Positions 27,149 to 36,733 of a stretch of 64,000 nucleotides of DNA are shown piece after piece; the first letter of the stretch is position 1; each line of letters begins with the position of its first letter. The notes beneath the pieces are model-generated. The model was not told the DNA's origin, made no database searches, and was given only the letters and a program-made list of their open reading frames with translations. The position numbers were made by a program, and so were the translations under genes. Origin of the DNA: an uncultured Ruegeria sp. (GTDB taxonomy: Bacteria > Pseudomonadota > Alphaproteobacteria > Rhodobacterales > Rhodobacteraceae); contig OY770022.1 in NCBI GenBank assembly GCA_963669395.1, positions 1,329,305-1,393,304 on the forward strand, written 5' to 3'.

Positions 27149-28621
27149 CTACAATTCTCCATTCGGCGTGGGCACTGGACGGTATTGTTCCAAACCCGCC
27201 TGCGCCATCCTCTTTTCGTACTCCGCTACGGTGCCGGGCCACAGCGTGGTGTTGCGCCCTTGCGCATCCTGATACCACGATGTGCAGCCGCCAGTCTGCC
27301 AGACGCTGTCGGTGTGCCGTTCGCGCATCTCGCGTGTGAACTCATCCTGTTTCGCGGCATCCGGCATGATGGCCTTCAGCCCTCTTTTCTTCATCTGCGC
27401 CAGAACGCGGCCAATGTGTTTCACTTGGGCTTCAATCATCAGAACAACCGAGTTGTGCCCCAGCCCGGTATGCGGCCCCAGCAATATGAAGAAGTTCGGG
27501 AAACCGGCGATCGCGGTGCCCAGATTGGCCTGCATTCCGTCGCCCCAAGCTTTGTGCAGTGTAATTTCGTTGACGCCCGAGATGTCCAGTCGTTGCACCA
27601 CATCCGTGACGTGAAAGCCGGTCCCCCAGATTAGAACGTCAGCCTGAACCGTGCTGCCATCTGCTGCGATTATCCGGTCGGACTCAATGGATGCCACCCC
27701 TTGCGGAACCAGGTGGACGTTGTCGCGGGCCAGTGCCGGGTACCAGTCGTTCGAGCTCAGGATACGTTTGCACCCGATCCGATAACCGGGCGTCAGCATC
27801 TTCTGCTTGGTAGGATCCGGGATCGCGCCAGTCAGTGATTTACGCCACATTTTCATTGCGAAATTCACCATGCGCGCCTCGCCGCGAAATACTTTGTGGC
27901 GGTACTCAAAAATCATGTAGATCAGCTTGCGCCGCAGGCGTGGCAGCAGGGGGACGTGACGGTAGAGGCGACGTACCCATGGTGCAATTGGGCCGTCAGG
28001 GCGCGGCAGGACATAAGGCGGGCTGCGCTGGAAAACGGTGACGTCCGCCGCGGATTTGGCGATCTCGGGCACGAACTGAACCGCGGATGCGCCAGTGCCC
28101 ACAACCGCGACGCGTTTGCCGGCCAATGGGACGTCGTGATCCCATTTGGCGGAATGAAAGCAAGGGCCGGGAAAGCTCTCGGCGCCGGGGATATCCGGAA
28201 TGTTCGGCACATGCAGCGCACCAATTGCCGAGACCAGAAAGCTTGCGGTCCAGTGCTGGCCTTCATGTGTTTCGACTTGCCAGTTTGTGCCGTCCCATCT
28301 GGCAGATTTCAGGCTTTGGTGAAAATGGCACAGATCGTGCAGGCCCTCGTCGCGGGTGATCTTCTGCAGATAGGACTGAATCTCGGCACCGCCCGCATAG
28401 GCCCGACTCCAGTCTGGGTTCGGGTGGGTGGCCATTGAATAGAGATGCGAGGGGATATCACACGCAACGCCGGGATAAGTATTCTCGCGCCAGGTCCCGC
28501 CGATATCGCCTGCTTTTTCAAGGATGGCGATGTTGGCAACGCCGCGTTTTCGCGCCTCCAGCGCCATGGTCAGCCCGGAAAACCCGGCGCCGACGATCAG
28601 CATGTCAGTCACGTTTTCCAA
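27149..28621 (-). CDS. Baeyer-Villiger-type flavin monooxygenase
   Basis: GAGFSG, GGTWRENTYPG, BVMO fingerprint FPGPCFHSAKW, GTGASA. Confidence 0.93.
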   Translation of the reverse strand: MENVTDMLIVGAGFSGLTMALEARKRGVANIAILEKAGDIGGTWRENTYPGVACDIPSHLYSMATHPNPDWSRAYAGGAEIQSYLQKITRDEGLHDLCHFHQSLKSARWDGTNWQVETHEGQHWTASFLVSAIGALHVPNIPDIPGAESFPGPCFHSAKWDHDVPLAGKRVAVVGTGASAVQFVPEIAKSAADVTVFQRSPPYVLPRPDGPIAPWVRRLYRHVPLLPRLRRKLIYMIFEYRHKVFRGEARMVNFAMKMWRKSLTGAIPDPTKQKMLTPGYRIGCKRILSSNDWYPALARDNVHLVPQGVASIESDRIIAADGSTVQADVLIWGTGFHVTDVVQRLDISGVNEITLHKAWGDGMQANLGTAIAGFPNFFILLGPHTGLGHNSVVLMIEAQVKHIGRVLAQMKKRGLKAIMPDAAKQDEFTREMRERHTDSVWQTGGCTSWYQDAQGRNTTLWPGTVAEYEKRMAQAGLEQYRPVPTPNGEL

Positions 28622-28743
28622 CGTTTGCCCCTCCGGTGACGGTCCGATTGAAGCCCCGGGCAGGATAGAAGTTTTATCGCGCGTGTGAACAGGGCGACGT
28701 TAGGGCAGTGTAACGGCGGGGCACGTTACCGTCGACGGTTGGC

Positions 28744-29004
28744 TTAAAACTCCAGCCGTTCCGTGCGCCCGTATTCAAACAGCCGGTAGTTCAGAACATC
28801 GGCTTCGGGCACGCCGGCTTCCAGCGCAAAGACAAAGGCATGGGTCAGATAGAAGCAGGCCGCGTCCAGGTCGCGAACGGCTTCACGCTCGTCCGCGGCC
28901 TGTGTGTAATAGCGGACAAGGTCTACGTGGTCGCCTCGGGAATGTGCATCCAGCAGCAGCCGATCCAGCGTAGCCCATTGATCTTGTTCTGTCCGAACCT
29001 TCAC
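28744..29004 (-). CDS. Small helical hypothetical protein downstream of the Rieske oxygenase
   Basis: LLLDAH...Y.QAAD...ACFYLTHAFVFALEAG; GTG start behind GAGG. Confidence 0.7.
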   Translation of the reverse strand: MKVRTEQDQWATLDRLLLDAHSRGDHVDLVRYYTQAADEREAVRDLDAACFYLTHAFVFALEAGVPEADVLNYRLFEYGRTERLEF

Positions 29005-29015
29005 CCGGCCGTTCC

Positions 29016-30170
29016 TCAGACTGTCCGGCCGTTTTCGATCTGCGTGGCCACCCAGTGGTGGAAGCAATGGGTCGGTCCGTCCATCGCCGGCGAAAACCGC
29101 CCGCCGTCAAACAGAACACCGTGCCGACCTTTCTGCATACCTTCCACGACGAAAACATCCTCTTCGAAAACGGTTTTCCAGAGCTGCGCGTTCGAGGCGC
29201 GCAACCCGTCATGCTCGGGCGTTTCGGCTTCGCTTTTGGCGTAATACAGCTCGATATGTTCCACCGTGTTCTCCTGATCGACAGGCTCGAGAACGATGGC
29301 AAAGGTGTGGTCGCGCTGGACGCCCAACAGCACGTTGGGATACAGCGCGACATATTCCGCGCCCTCATCCCACTTGTCGCTCAGGCCGGCAAAATCCTGC
29401 AGCGTGGCACCGTCCTGATCTGTCAGTTGACGGTAAACCAGCGTTCCCTGGCCCGAGTAGTGGTTGCGCGCTTCGATATTATAGTGATCTTCCAGACGGG
29501 AATAGCTGTTGAGACCGGGATGCACCCACGGCAAATGATAGCTTTCGCAATAGTTCTCGACTGCGAGCTTCCAGTTGGACTTGACCTCAAGCTTGAAGGA
29601 CGATGTCTCTCCGCCATGAAAGATCGGCTGTTCAAATTCGCCCCAGCGTTCCATCAGCGGGCCGTGAACCTCTTCGAAATCGGGTGCGTTGCCGCTGACA
29701 TTGACGAAGATCACGTCACGCCAGACGTAAGACCGAATCCGAACCAGCCCCAGATCGTCCTTGTCGATGTCTTCATGCTTGTTCTGTCCCGGCCCCCCCA
29801 CATGAGGCGTCGCGTGCAGCTTGCCTTTCAGGCTGTAGCACCAGCTGTGATAGGGACAGCGGATGGCACCGCCGATTTTTCTGGGCGTATCCACCAGGAT
29901 CATTCCGCGATGCCGGCAGGTGTTCTGAAACACGCCGATCTCGCCGTCGCGGTCGCGCACGATCAACAGAGGCATACCCAGAAAGTCCACTGGTTTGGCG
30001 TCTCCTTCCTCGGGGACGTCCTTGCCAAACCCGATACCAGACCAATTCGAAAACAGGACCGACTGTTTTTCTTCGGCAAAAACCACTGGGTCGATATAAT
30101 GTTCGTTCGGCAGGCCGTTTGCGATATTCACATCGTTCAGAACGGATGACAGAACACTATGCTTGTTCAT
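29016..30170 (-). CDS. Rieske non-heme iron oxygenase, quaternary-amine (choline monooxygenase/CntA/Stc2-like) type
   Basis: CRH...CPYH Rieske motif; ENYCESYH...VH iron site with bridging Glu; C-terminal EED. Confidence 0.9.
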   Translation of the reverse strand: MNKHSVLSSVLNDVNIANGLPNEHYIDPVVFAEEKQSVLFSNWSGIGFGKDVPEEGDAKPVDFLGMPLLIVRDRDGEIGVFQNTCRHRGMILVDTPRKIGGAIRCPYHSWCYSLKGKLHATPHVGGPGQNKHEDIDKDDLGLVRIRSYVWRDVIFVNVSGNAPDFEEVHGPLMERWGEFEQPIFHGGETSSFKLEVKSNWKLAVENYCESYHLPWVHPGLNSYSRLEDHYNIEARNHYSGQGTLVYRQLTDQDGATLQDFAGLSDKWDEGAEYVALYPNVLLGVQRDHTFAIVLEPVDQENTVEHIELYYAKSEAETPEHDGLRASNAQLWKTVFEEDVFVVEGMQKGRHGVLFDGGRFSPAMDGPTHCFHHWVATQIENGRTV

Positions 30171-30269
30171 CGGGCTCTCCTGACTCTTGGCTGGATGCAT
30201 TTCAATCGTTTTGACGGAACCGCCGCCCCCGCTTCAATATCAGAAATCCTCATCACAGCTTGACCTGAT

Positions 30270-31175
30270 CTAATCCGAATTCTGACGCACCTCCTGAATG
30301 ATCCAGTTCTTGAGCGCGCGAGCATTCTCGGTCAGTTCCTCTTCCGGTCGGCCGACCAGGTAGAACTGGTTGGGGGCCGTCAGGCGATGCGGGCCGATCG
30401 GAACCAGTTTCCCGGATTGCAACATAGGCCTGATCAGGCGTTGCCATCCAAGCGCCAGTCCTGCGCCCTTGCGCGCAAGCTGCAAGGCCACCGAGTAGCT
30501 GTTGACGCGTGTTTCCACCGGGATGTTTCCTGAATAACCCAGAATTTGAAACCAGTCCGGCCATGTCGTCCAGGTCTGATCCTCTGAATCCAGATGAATA
30601 AGCCGCTGGGCGGCCAATTGTTCCAAATCCGCACCCGCAAGTCTTTCGGCCATGTCCGGGCTGCCGACCGCGATCAGCTGATCTCGGTACAGCGGGGTAT
30701 GCGACAGCGTACGGTCATTGTCCTTGCCGTATCGGATGAAGAAATCAATCTCGGGCCGGTTCCTGAAAGGACGATCCTGCGAGATCTGATCGACATTGAC
30801 TTCAGGCGTTTCCCGCCAGAACCGGATGATGGAGGGTGACAGCCACAATGCGGCCACTGCCGTTGTTGACCCGACGGTCACCTTGCCGCCCGACGTGCGG
30901 TCGCGGATCGTCGCCAGCGTCTTTGAGATGCGCCCGAAGGACGTGGACAATGCCTCGTACAATGCCCTTCCGTCCTCGGTCAGGTCCACACCGCGATGCT
31001 TGCGTTGAAAAAGCGCTGTATCCAGATCGCCTTCCAGCGCCTTGATCTGATGGCTGACTGCGCCGGGTGTGACTGACAATTCCTCGGCGGCGTTCTTGAA
31101 GCTCAGATGCCGTGCTGCTGCCTCGAAGGCGGAAAGGGTGGTCAAAGGCGGCAGTTTATAATGGCGTCTGGACAT
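30270..31175 (-). CDS. LysR family regulator (GcvA-like)
   Basis: LPPL..L.AFEAAARHLSF..AAEEL.VT.GAVSHQIK.LE. Confidence 0.95.
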   Translation of the reverse strand: MSRRHYKLPPLTTLSAFEAAARHLSFKNAAEELSVTPGAVSHQIKALEGDLDTALFQRKHRGVDLTEDGRALYEALSTSFGRISKTLATIRDRTSGGKVTVGSTTAVAALWLSPSIIRFWRETPEVNVDQISQDRPFRNRPEIDFFIRYGKDNDRTLSHTPLYRDQLIAVGSPDMAERLAGADLEQLAAQRLIHLDSEDQTWTTWPDWFQILGYSGNIPVETRVNSYSVALQLARKGAGLALGWQRLIRPMLQSGKLVPIGPHRLTAPNQFYLVGRPEEELTENARALKNWIIQEVRQNSD

Positions 31176-31496
31176 GCGTAATCAGTACTCGGTTTAGGAT
31201 CATTCAAGTGAATAATAGAATTTTCTCGGTTGTAGAACTGATTTTGTTAAATAATAGGTGCATCTGTCAGTCACAAATGGCGGCTGGGGTCGGCAATGGG
31301 TCGGATAGTGTCGGTAAACGCCGAATACGACCGAAATCGACCTTGTATGCAGACGAACCAATGAGGGTCGAGTACAATGGGCTGCAAAAAACGCCGTTGA
31401 ACAGGTCCGCAGACAGTTTCGGGTTCCGTGCCAATTCTGGGCGTCACCCGTATGAAAAAACTGGAAGGCTAGGGCGCAGCACGTGTTTTCGGACCA

Positions 31497-31630
31497 GGTT
31501 GCGCTGAAAATTGTGCGTATGGGAGCGCGCGTTGGCACTTCCCGGGGTTGAAAGGGTTTCATGTGTACCCCGGCCGCATGCACGGCCGTCAGCAACGGCA
31601 GGACGTCGGCGCGAAGGCGCATACGCAACC
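31497..31630 (+). ncRNA. Candidate structured 5' leader (cis-regulatory RNA) of the BCCT gene
   Basis: Nested helices 31514-21/31620-27, 31528-36/31605-13 (3 G-U pairs), 31542-48/31567-73, plus two small hairpins. Confidence 0.35.
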
Positions 31631-31673
31631 ACGCAGACCCCCAAAATAATGACATCGCCATGGAGGAGAGAAT

Positions 31674-33497
31674 ATGTCAGTACCCGAACCGTTCACGGAT
31701 CTTGAGATAGAAACGGCGGATGCCGGTTTCTACGAGAACTACAGCGTCCCGATCGCCCTGATCAGCAAAGGGATCATGGTCGCGCTCGTACTTTGGGCGC
31801 TGGTGTTCCCGGCCAATGCGAACAGCACGCTCGGCAGCTGGAACGGCAGGCTGCTTGAAGTATTCAACAGCTTCTACGTTATCATCGTCGGGCTGTTCTT
31901 CTTCTTCCTTGCCATCGTTGCGATCCTGCCATCCACCGGCCGGCGGATCATGGGTACACCGGGTGAGAAGCCGGAATTCTCGAATTTCTCGTGGTTCTCG
32001 ATGATGTTCGGCGCGGGTCTGGGTGTTGGCCTGATGGTGTTTGCCACCGCTGAACCTCTGGGTCTATGGGGCTCGAACCCCGTGGTGGTCTCGGGCGCGG
32101 TCGAGGGCAACTCGCCAGAGGCGCTGCAATCCGCATATCGCTTCACATACCTGCACTACGGGTTCCACGCCTGGGCAATCTACGTGGTAACCGGGCTGTC
32201 GCTGGCGTATTACGCCTATACGCGCAACATGCCCCTGACGATCCGCTCGGCGCTGACGCCTCTGTTTGGCCGCCTGATGAACGGGTTTCTGGGCCACACC
32301 GTGGACGTTCTGGGTGTTGTGGCGACTATTCTGGGTGTCTCGGTCACCATTGGCTACGGCGTCAGCCAGTTCATCGACGGTCTTTATGCCATCACCGGCA
32401 TGCAGTGGATCATGGATATGGGCGGCGAGGTGCCGACCCCCAGCAAGGTCGGTCTGATTTCGGGCCTGGTCGTTATCATGGGCCTGTCGATCATTTCGGC
32501 GGTTTCCGGTGTTGGCCGGGGCGTCAAGTACCTGTCGAACCTGAACCTTGTGCTGTCGATCATCCTGCTGGGCACGTTCATCGTCTTCGGCTCATTCGTC
32601 TTTGCCATGACCACCTACGGCACGGCGATGGTGGACTACATCCTGCACTTCCTGTCGCTCAGCTTTAATGCCTATGGCCCGCTGTCTGCCGAAGCTTTTG
32701 CAGCAGCTTTGCCCGCCGAGGCGCAGGCGCATGCGGCTGACCTGATGGGCGGCGCAACCAATGCCTGGGGCAGCTTTGACGGCTTCAAGGGCGGTCTGGA
32801 AGGTGCAGCCGCCGAGCTGGACGAAGCCACTCTGACTGCGGCCTATGCAGCAGGCGAGCAGGGCCGTCAGTTCGGCTGGCAGGCAGGCTGGACCACGTTC
32901 TACTGGGCCTGGTGGATCGCGTTCTCGCCCTTCGTGGGCCTGTTCCTGGCGCGCATCTCCAAGGGTCGCACCGTGCGGGAGTTTATCCTGGGTTGCGTCT
33001 TCGCACCGGCACTGGTCTGCTTTGCATGGATGACCGTTCTGGGCGGCACCGCGATCGATCTGGAACTGGCAGGCGCGGCGGAAGGCGCGATCATCGGGGC
33101 GTCGAATACGAACAAACTGTTCGTGACGCTGTCCTACATGATCGACGGCGGGCTGCTGTCCATGCTGAACGTCATGTGCGTGATCCTGATCATGACCTTC
33201 CTGGTGACCTCTGCGGACTCGGGCATTCTGGTGATGAACACCATCATGTCGGGTGGCAGCCAGGAAACCGGTATCAAGCACCGCATCATCTGGGGTGTGA
33301 TCCTGACGGCCGTGATCGGCGCACTGGTCCTCGCTGCGGGTGAAAACAACCCAATGGATGCGCTGCGCAATGCGATGATTATCGGTGCACTGCCCTTTAC
33401 CATGGTGATGGGTCTGATGTGTATCGCGCTGGGCAAGGCGTTGTTCCGCGACGGACAGCGTGAAAAGCACGGTGTCTCAACCCAAGCTGCCGAATAA
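31674..33497 (+). CDS. BCCT family (betaine/carnitine/choline) transporter
   Basis: SWFSMMFGAGLGVGL, HYGFHAWAIY, WTTFYWAWWIAFSPFVG, TSADS. Confidence 0.95.
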   Translation: MSVPEPFTDLEIETADAGFYENYSVPIALISKGIMVALVLWALVFPANANSTLGSWNGRLLEVFNSFYVIIVGLFFFFLAIVAILPSTGRRIMGTPGEKPEFSNFSWFSMMFGAGLGVGLMVFATAEPLGLWGSNPVVVSGAVEGNSPEALQSAYRFTYLHYGFHAWAIYVVTGLSLAYYAYTRNMPLTIRSALTPLFGRLMNGFLGHTVDVLGVVATILGVSVTIGYGVSQFIDGLYAITGMQWIMDMGGEVPTPSKVGLISGLVVIMGLSIISAVSGVGRGVKYLSNLNLVLSIILLGTFIVFGSFVFAMTTYGTAMVDYILHFLSLSFNAYGPLSAEAFAAALPAEAQAHAADLMGGATNAWGSFDGFKGGLEGAAAELDEATLTAAYAAGEQGRQFGWQAGWTTFYWAWWIAFSPFVGLFLARISKGRTVREFILGCVFAPALVCFAWMTVLGGTAIDLELAGAAEGAIIGASNTNKLFVTLSYMIDGGLLSMLNVMCVILIMTFLVTSADSGILVMNTIMSGGSQETGIKHRIIWGVILTAVIGALVLAAGENNPMDALRNAMIIGALPFTMVMGLMCIALGKALFRDGQREKHGVSTQAAE

Positions 33498-33523
33498 TCG
33501 GATTGCGACAGACAAGATCAGGT

Positions 33524-33549
33524 GCCGCCCCGACAGGGGCGGCGCTTTT
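33524..33549 (+). terminator. Rho-independent terminator
   Basis: GCCGCCCC-GACA-GGGGCGGC followed by GCTTTT. Confidence 0.65.
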
Positions 33550-33651
33550 GGTTTTGAAACGGTGTCGGTTCCTGCAATGAGATTTCGGAATCAGTGAGGT
33601 GCGCGACCTGCGAATCCCCCATTCTGTCTAACAAGATTGGAGGATTGCCCC

Positions 33652-35199
33652 ATGAACATTCGTACCGCAACGCGCTCGGGCGGACGCTCGGCCCGCCGCG
33701 CCAAGCGAACCGCGCCAAACTTTGAGATGTTGCCCGGACTGACCCGGGGCATCCCGCTATGCGAGGTGATGGACGGCGCCCAGGTTGAGCGCATCGACAA
33801 CGCCTCGATGGACATTCTGGAAAATGTCGGCGTGCAGTTCCGCGACCCCATTGCGCTGGAAGACTGGAAAAAGGCCGGTGCCAGGGTCGAGGGAGAGCTG
33901 GTCTATCTGGATCGCGGATTGGTTCGTGAACTGATTGCCACGATCCCTTCGGAATTCACCTACCATGCCCGCAACCCGCAAAAGAACGTGCGGCTGGGTG
34001 GCCGGCACTCGATCTTCGTGCCGATGACCGGCGCGCCGTTCCTGCGTGATCTCGACGACGTGCGCCGCAATCCGACGCTGGACGATCTGGCCATGTTCCA
34101 CAAGCTGAGCCACATGATGCCCGCGCTGCATTCGTCGGCCCATCATATCGTGGAACCCTACGATCACCCGATCAGTCAGCGCCACCTGCGCATCACCTAT
34201 TCGTCGATGAAACATTCGGACAAGACGTTCATGGGCATGACCACCAGCCTCAAGAACGCCGAGGATGTGATGGAGATGTGCGCAATCCTGTTCGGGGAAG
34301 AGTTCCTTGAGGATCACCCTGTCACCACCGGCAACTGCAACGGCAACTCGCCGCTGGTCTGGGACGAAACCATGCTGGGCGCGATGCGTGCCTTCTGCCG
34401 CCGCAAGCAGCCGGTACTGTGCTCGCCCTTCGTGTTGGGCGGTGCCAACACGCCCGCCAGCGTACCCGCGACCGTCGCGCAGTTGAACGCCGAGGCGCTG
34501 AGCGCGCTGGCCTACACACAGGTGATCCGCAAGGGCGCGCCCGCGATTTACGGCCACTACCTGTCGACCGTGTCGATGAAATCCGGCGCTCCGATGGCGG
34601 GCACGCCCGAAATCAGCCTGATGAATTTCATGATCGGTCAGATGGCGCGGTACTACGACGTGCCGTGGCGTACCTCAAACACGCTTGGCGGGGCCAAGAC
34701 TTTCGATGCGCAGGCCGGTTACGAATCTGCCACGACCTTGCAGGCTGTGATCCATGCCGGGGCCAATTACATCTGGCATTCGGCAGGCTGGAACGAGGCC
34801 GGGATGCACTGTTCGGTCGCCAAGTTCATCGTGGATGCTGAACAATGCGCCATGGCCTATCGCATGGCCGAAGGTCCGAAATGGCACGATTTCGATCAGG
34901 CTCTGGCTGCGGTGCCGGATGTGGGGCCGGGCGGTCACTATCTGGGTCATCCGCACACACAGGACAATTTTCAAACCGCGTTTTTCATGCCCGAAATGTT
35001 CGACAACAATTCGATCGAGCAATGGACGGCTGAGGGCGAGGTTGAGATCACCGAACGCGCCCTGAACCACGCCCGCAAGCTGCTGGCCGAATATCAGGAG
35101 CCTACGCTGGATCTGGCTAAGAACGAGGAACTGCTGGATTACATCGCGCGCCGCGAGCGGGAAATACCGGCAGCGGACGAACTGAATCAGACGTATTGA
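33652..35199 (+). CDS. Trimethylamine methyltransferase (MttB) family protein, non-pyrrolysine
   Basis: NSPL.WD, MKSGAP..GTPE, AKTFDAQAGYES, VGPGGHYLG; no in-frame UAG. Confidence 0.93.
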   Translation: MNIRTATRSGGRSARRAKRTAPNFEMLPGLTRGIPLCEVMDGAQVERIDNASMDILENVGVQFRDPIALEDWKKAGARVEGELVYLDRGLVRELIATIPSEFTYHARNPQKNVRLGGRHSIFVPMTGAPFLRDLDDVRRNPTLDDLAMFHKLSHMMPALHSSAHHIVEPYDHPISQRHLRITYSSMKHSDKTFMGMTTSLKNAEDVMEMCAILFGEEFLEDHPVTTGNCNGNSPLVWDETMLGAMRAFCRRKQPVLCSPFVLGGANTPASVPATVAQLNAEALSALAYTQVIRKGAPAIYGHYLSTVSMKSGAPMAGTPEISLMNFMIGQMARYYDVPWRTSNTLGGAKTFDAQAGYESATTLQAVIHAGANYIWHSAGWNEAGMHCSVAKFIVDAEQCAMAYRMAEGPKWHDFDQALAAVPDVGPGGHYLGHPHTQDNFQTAFFMPEMFDNNSIEQWTAEGEVEITERALNHARKLLAEYQEPTLDLAKNEELLDYIARREREIPAADELNQTY

Positions 35200-35216
35200 T
35201 CATCTCTCCCCCCACT

Positions 35217-35246
35217 GGCCCGCCTGAAATCGGCGGGTCTTTTTTT
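35217..35246 (+). terminator. Rho-independent terminator
   Basis: GGCCCGCC-TGAAATC-GGCGGGTC followed by T7. Confidence 0.65.
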
Positions 35247-35261
35247 GATCGGGAAATTGAA

Positions 35262-35993
35262 ATGGAAATGAATGGAAGAAAGGCGCTGGTTACTGGCGCT
35301 GCCGGAGGGATCGGCGCAGCAATTGTCCGCCAATTGCGGCAGGCCGGCGCGCATGTTGCCGTGGCGGACAGATCAGTTGGCGGGATCGAGGCCGAAGCGC
35401 ACCTGCCCGGTGATCTAAGGGACGCTTCGTACAGCGACGCGCTTCCCCAAGGGGCCGCGGACCTTCTGGGCGGGCTGGACATCGTGATCAACAATGCGGG
35501 TGTGATAACGCGGGGCACCGTCACCGAAACCACGAATGATGACTGGTCACTGTCCCTGGGTGTCAACGTCGAAGCGCCCTTTAGAATCTGCCGGGCCGCG
35601 ATTCCGATCCTGGCCCAATCGGGGGGCGGGGCAATCGTCAATACGGCGTCTTGCTGGGGCTTGCGGCCGGGGCGAAACCATGCGGTTTATTGTATGACCA
35701 AGGCGGCCATCGCCTCGCTGACGCAGTGCATGGGAATGGACCACGCGCATCAGGGCATTCGCATCAACGCGGTGTGCCCGAATGAAGTGAACACGCCCAT
35801 GCTGCGGTCCGGTTTTACAAAACGCGGGTTCGATCCGGATACTGCCGTGGCCGAATTGGGGGCGACTGTCCCCCTGGGACGGATTGCCGAGCCTGATGAC
35901 ATCGCAGATGTCGTTCTGTTTCTTGTCTCGGACGCGGCGCGTTATGTCTGCGGCACATTGGTTGAGGTCAACGGAGGTAAGCCAGTCACATGA
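35262..35993 (+). CDS. SDR family oxidoreductase
   Basis: [17 protein letters not shown]. Confidence 0.92.
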   Translation: MEMNGRKALVTGAAGGIGAAIVRQLRQAGAHVAVADRSVGGIEAEAHLPGDLRDASYSDALPQGAADLLGGLDIVINNAGVITRGTVTETTNDDWSLSLGVNVEAPFRICRAAIPILAQSGGGAIVNTASCWGLRPGRNHAVYCMTKAAIASLTQCMGMDHAHQGIRINAVCPNEVNTPMLRSGFTKRGFDPDTAVAELGATVPLGRIAEPDDIADVVLFLVSDAARYVCGTLVEVNGGKPVT

Positions 35994-36727
35994 ACCGATT
36001 CCAAGGCAAGGTTGCCCTCGTCACCGGCGGCCGCAGCGGTATCGGCCGTGCTATCGCGGTCAGGCTGCAGCAAGATGGCGCGCGCGTCTTCACGGCCCAG
36101 CGTGGGGCGGACACCGAATTTGAAGGCATCGCCGCGGACTTTACCAGACCTGACAGTCCGGCGCAGGTGATCGATGAACTGATTGCGAAGGCCGGGCGCC
36201 TTGATGTTTTGGTCAACAATGCAGGAATGATGCAGGAAGCCTCGGTCGAGGACATGAGCCTGGACGACTGGCAGCGAACCCTGGCGGTCAACCTGACGGC
36301 ACCGTTTCTCATGATCAAGGCCGCCTTGCCGCACCTGCGTGAAAGGCGCGGCAATATCGTCAATACCGGTTCGATCGAAGGTCTGGGCAGCAACCCCGGA
36401 CATGCGGCCTATGGGGCCTCCAAGGCCGGACTACACGGGCTGACTCGCTCGGTCGCGGTCGATCACGGGTCCGAAGGCATCCGCTGCAACGCAGTCGCGC
36501 CGGGTTGGATCGACACGGACCTGAACGAGGATTTCATCGCCTCGATGCCGGATCCCGAAGCATTTCGCCGGAATATCGGGCGCATCCACCCCGTGTTCAG
36601 AACCGGAGCACCGGAAGAGGTTGCGGCCCTTGTCGCATTTCTGGCATCAGACGACGCGGCTTTTGTCACCGGACAGGTCTATACAGTCGACGGCGGACGA
36701 ATGGCAAAGCTCAGCCTGCCGGGATAG
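35990..36727 (+). CDS. SDR family oxidoreductase
   Basis: [17 protein letters not shown]. Confidence 0.93.
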   Translation: MNRFQGKVALVTGGRSGIGRAIAVRLQQDGARVFTAQRGADTEFEGIAADFTRPDSPAQVIDELIAKAGRLDVLVNNAGMMQEASVEDMSLDDWQRTLAVNLTAPFLMIKAALPHLRERRGNIVNTGSIEGLGSNPGHAAYGASKAGLHGLTRSVAVDHGSEGIRCNAVAPGWIDTDLNEDFIASMPDPEAFRRNIGRIHPVFRTGAPEEVAALVAFLASDDAAFVTGQVYTVDGGRMAKLSLPG

Positions 36728-36733
36728 GGCGGA

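Noticed and set aside
33652-35199. Possible pyrrolysine recoding in MttB
   Set aside because: The ORF is open with no in-frame UAG, and there are no pyl genes in the window.
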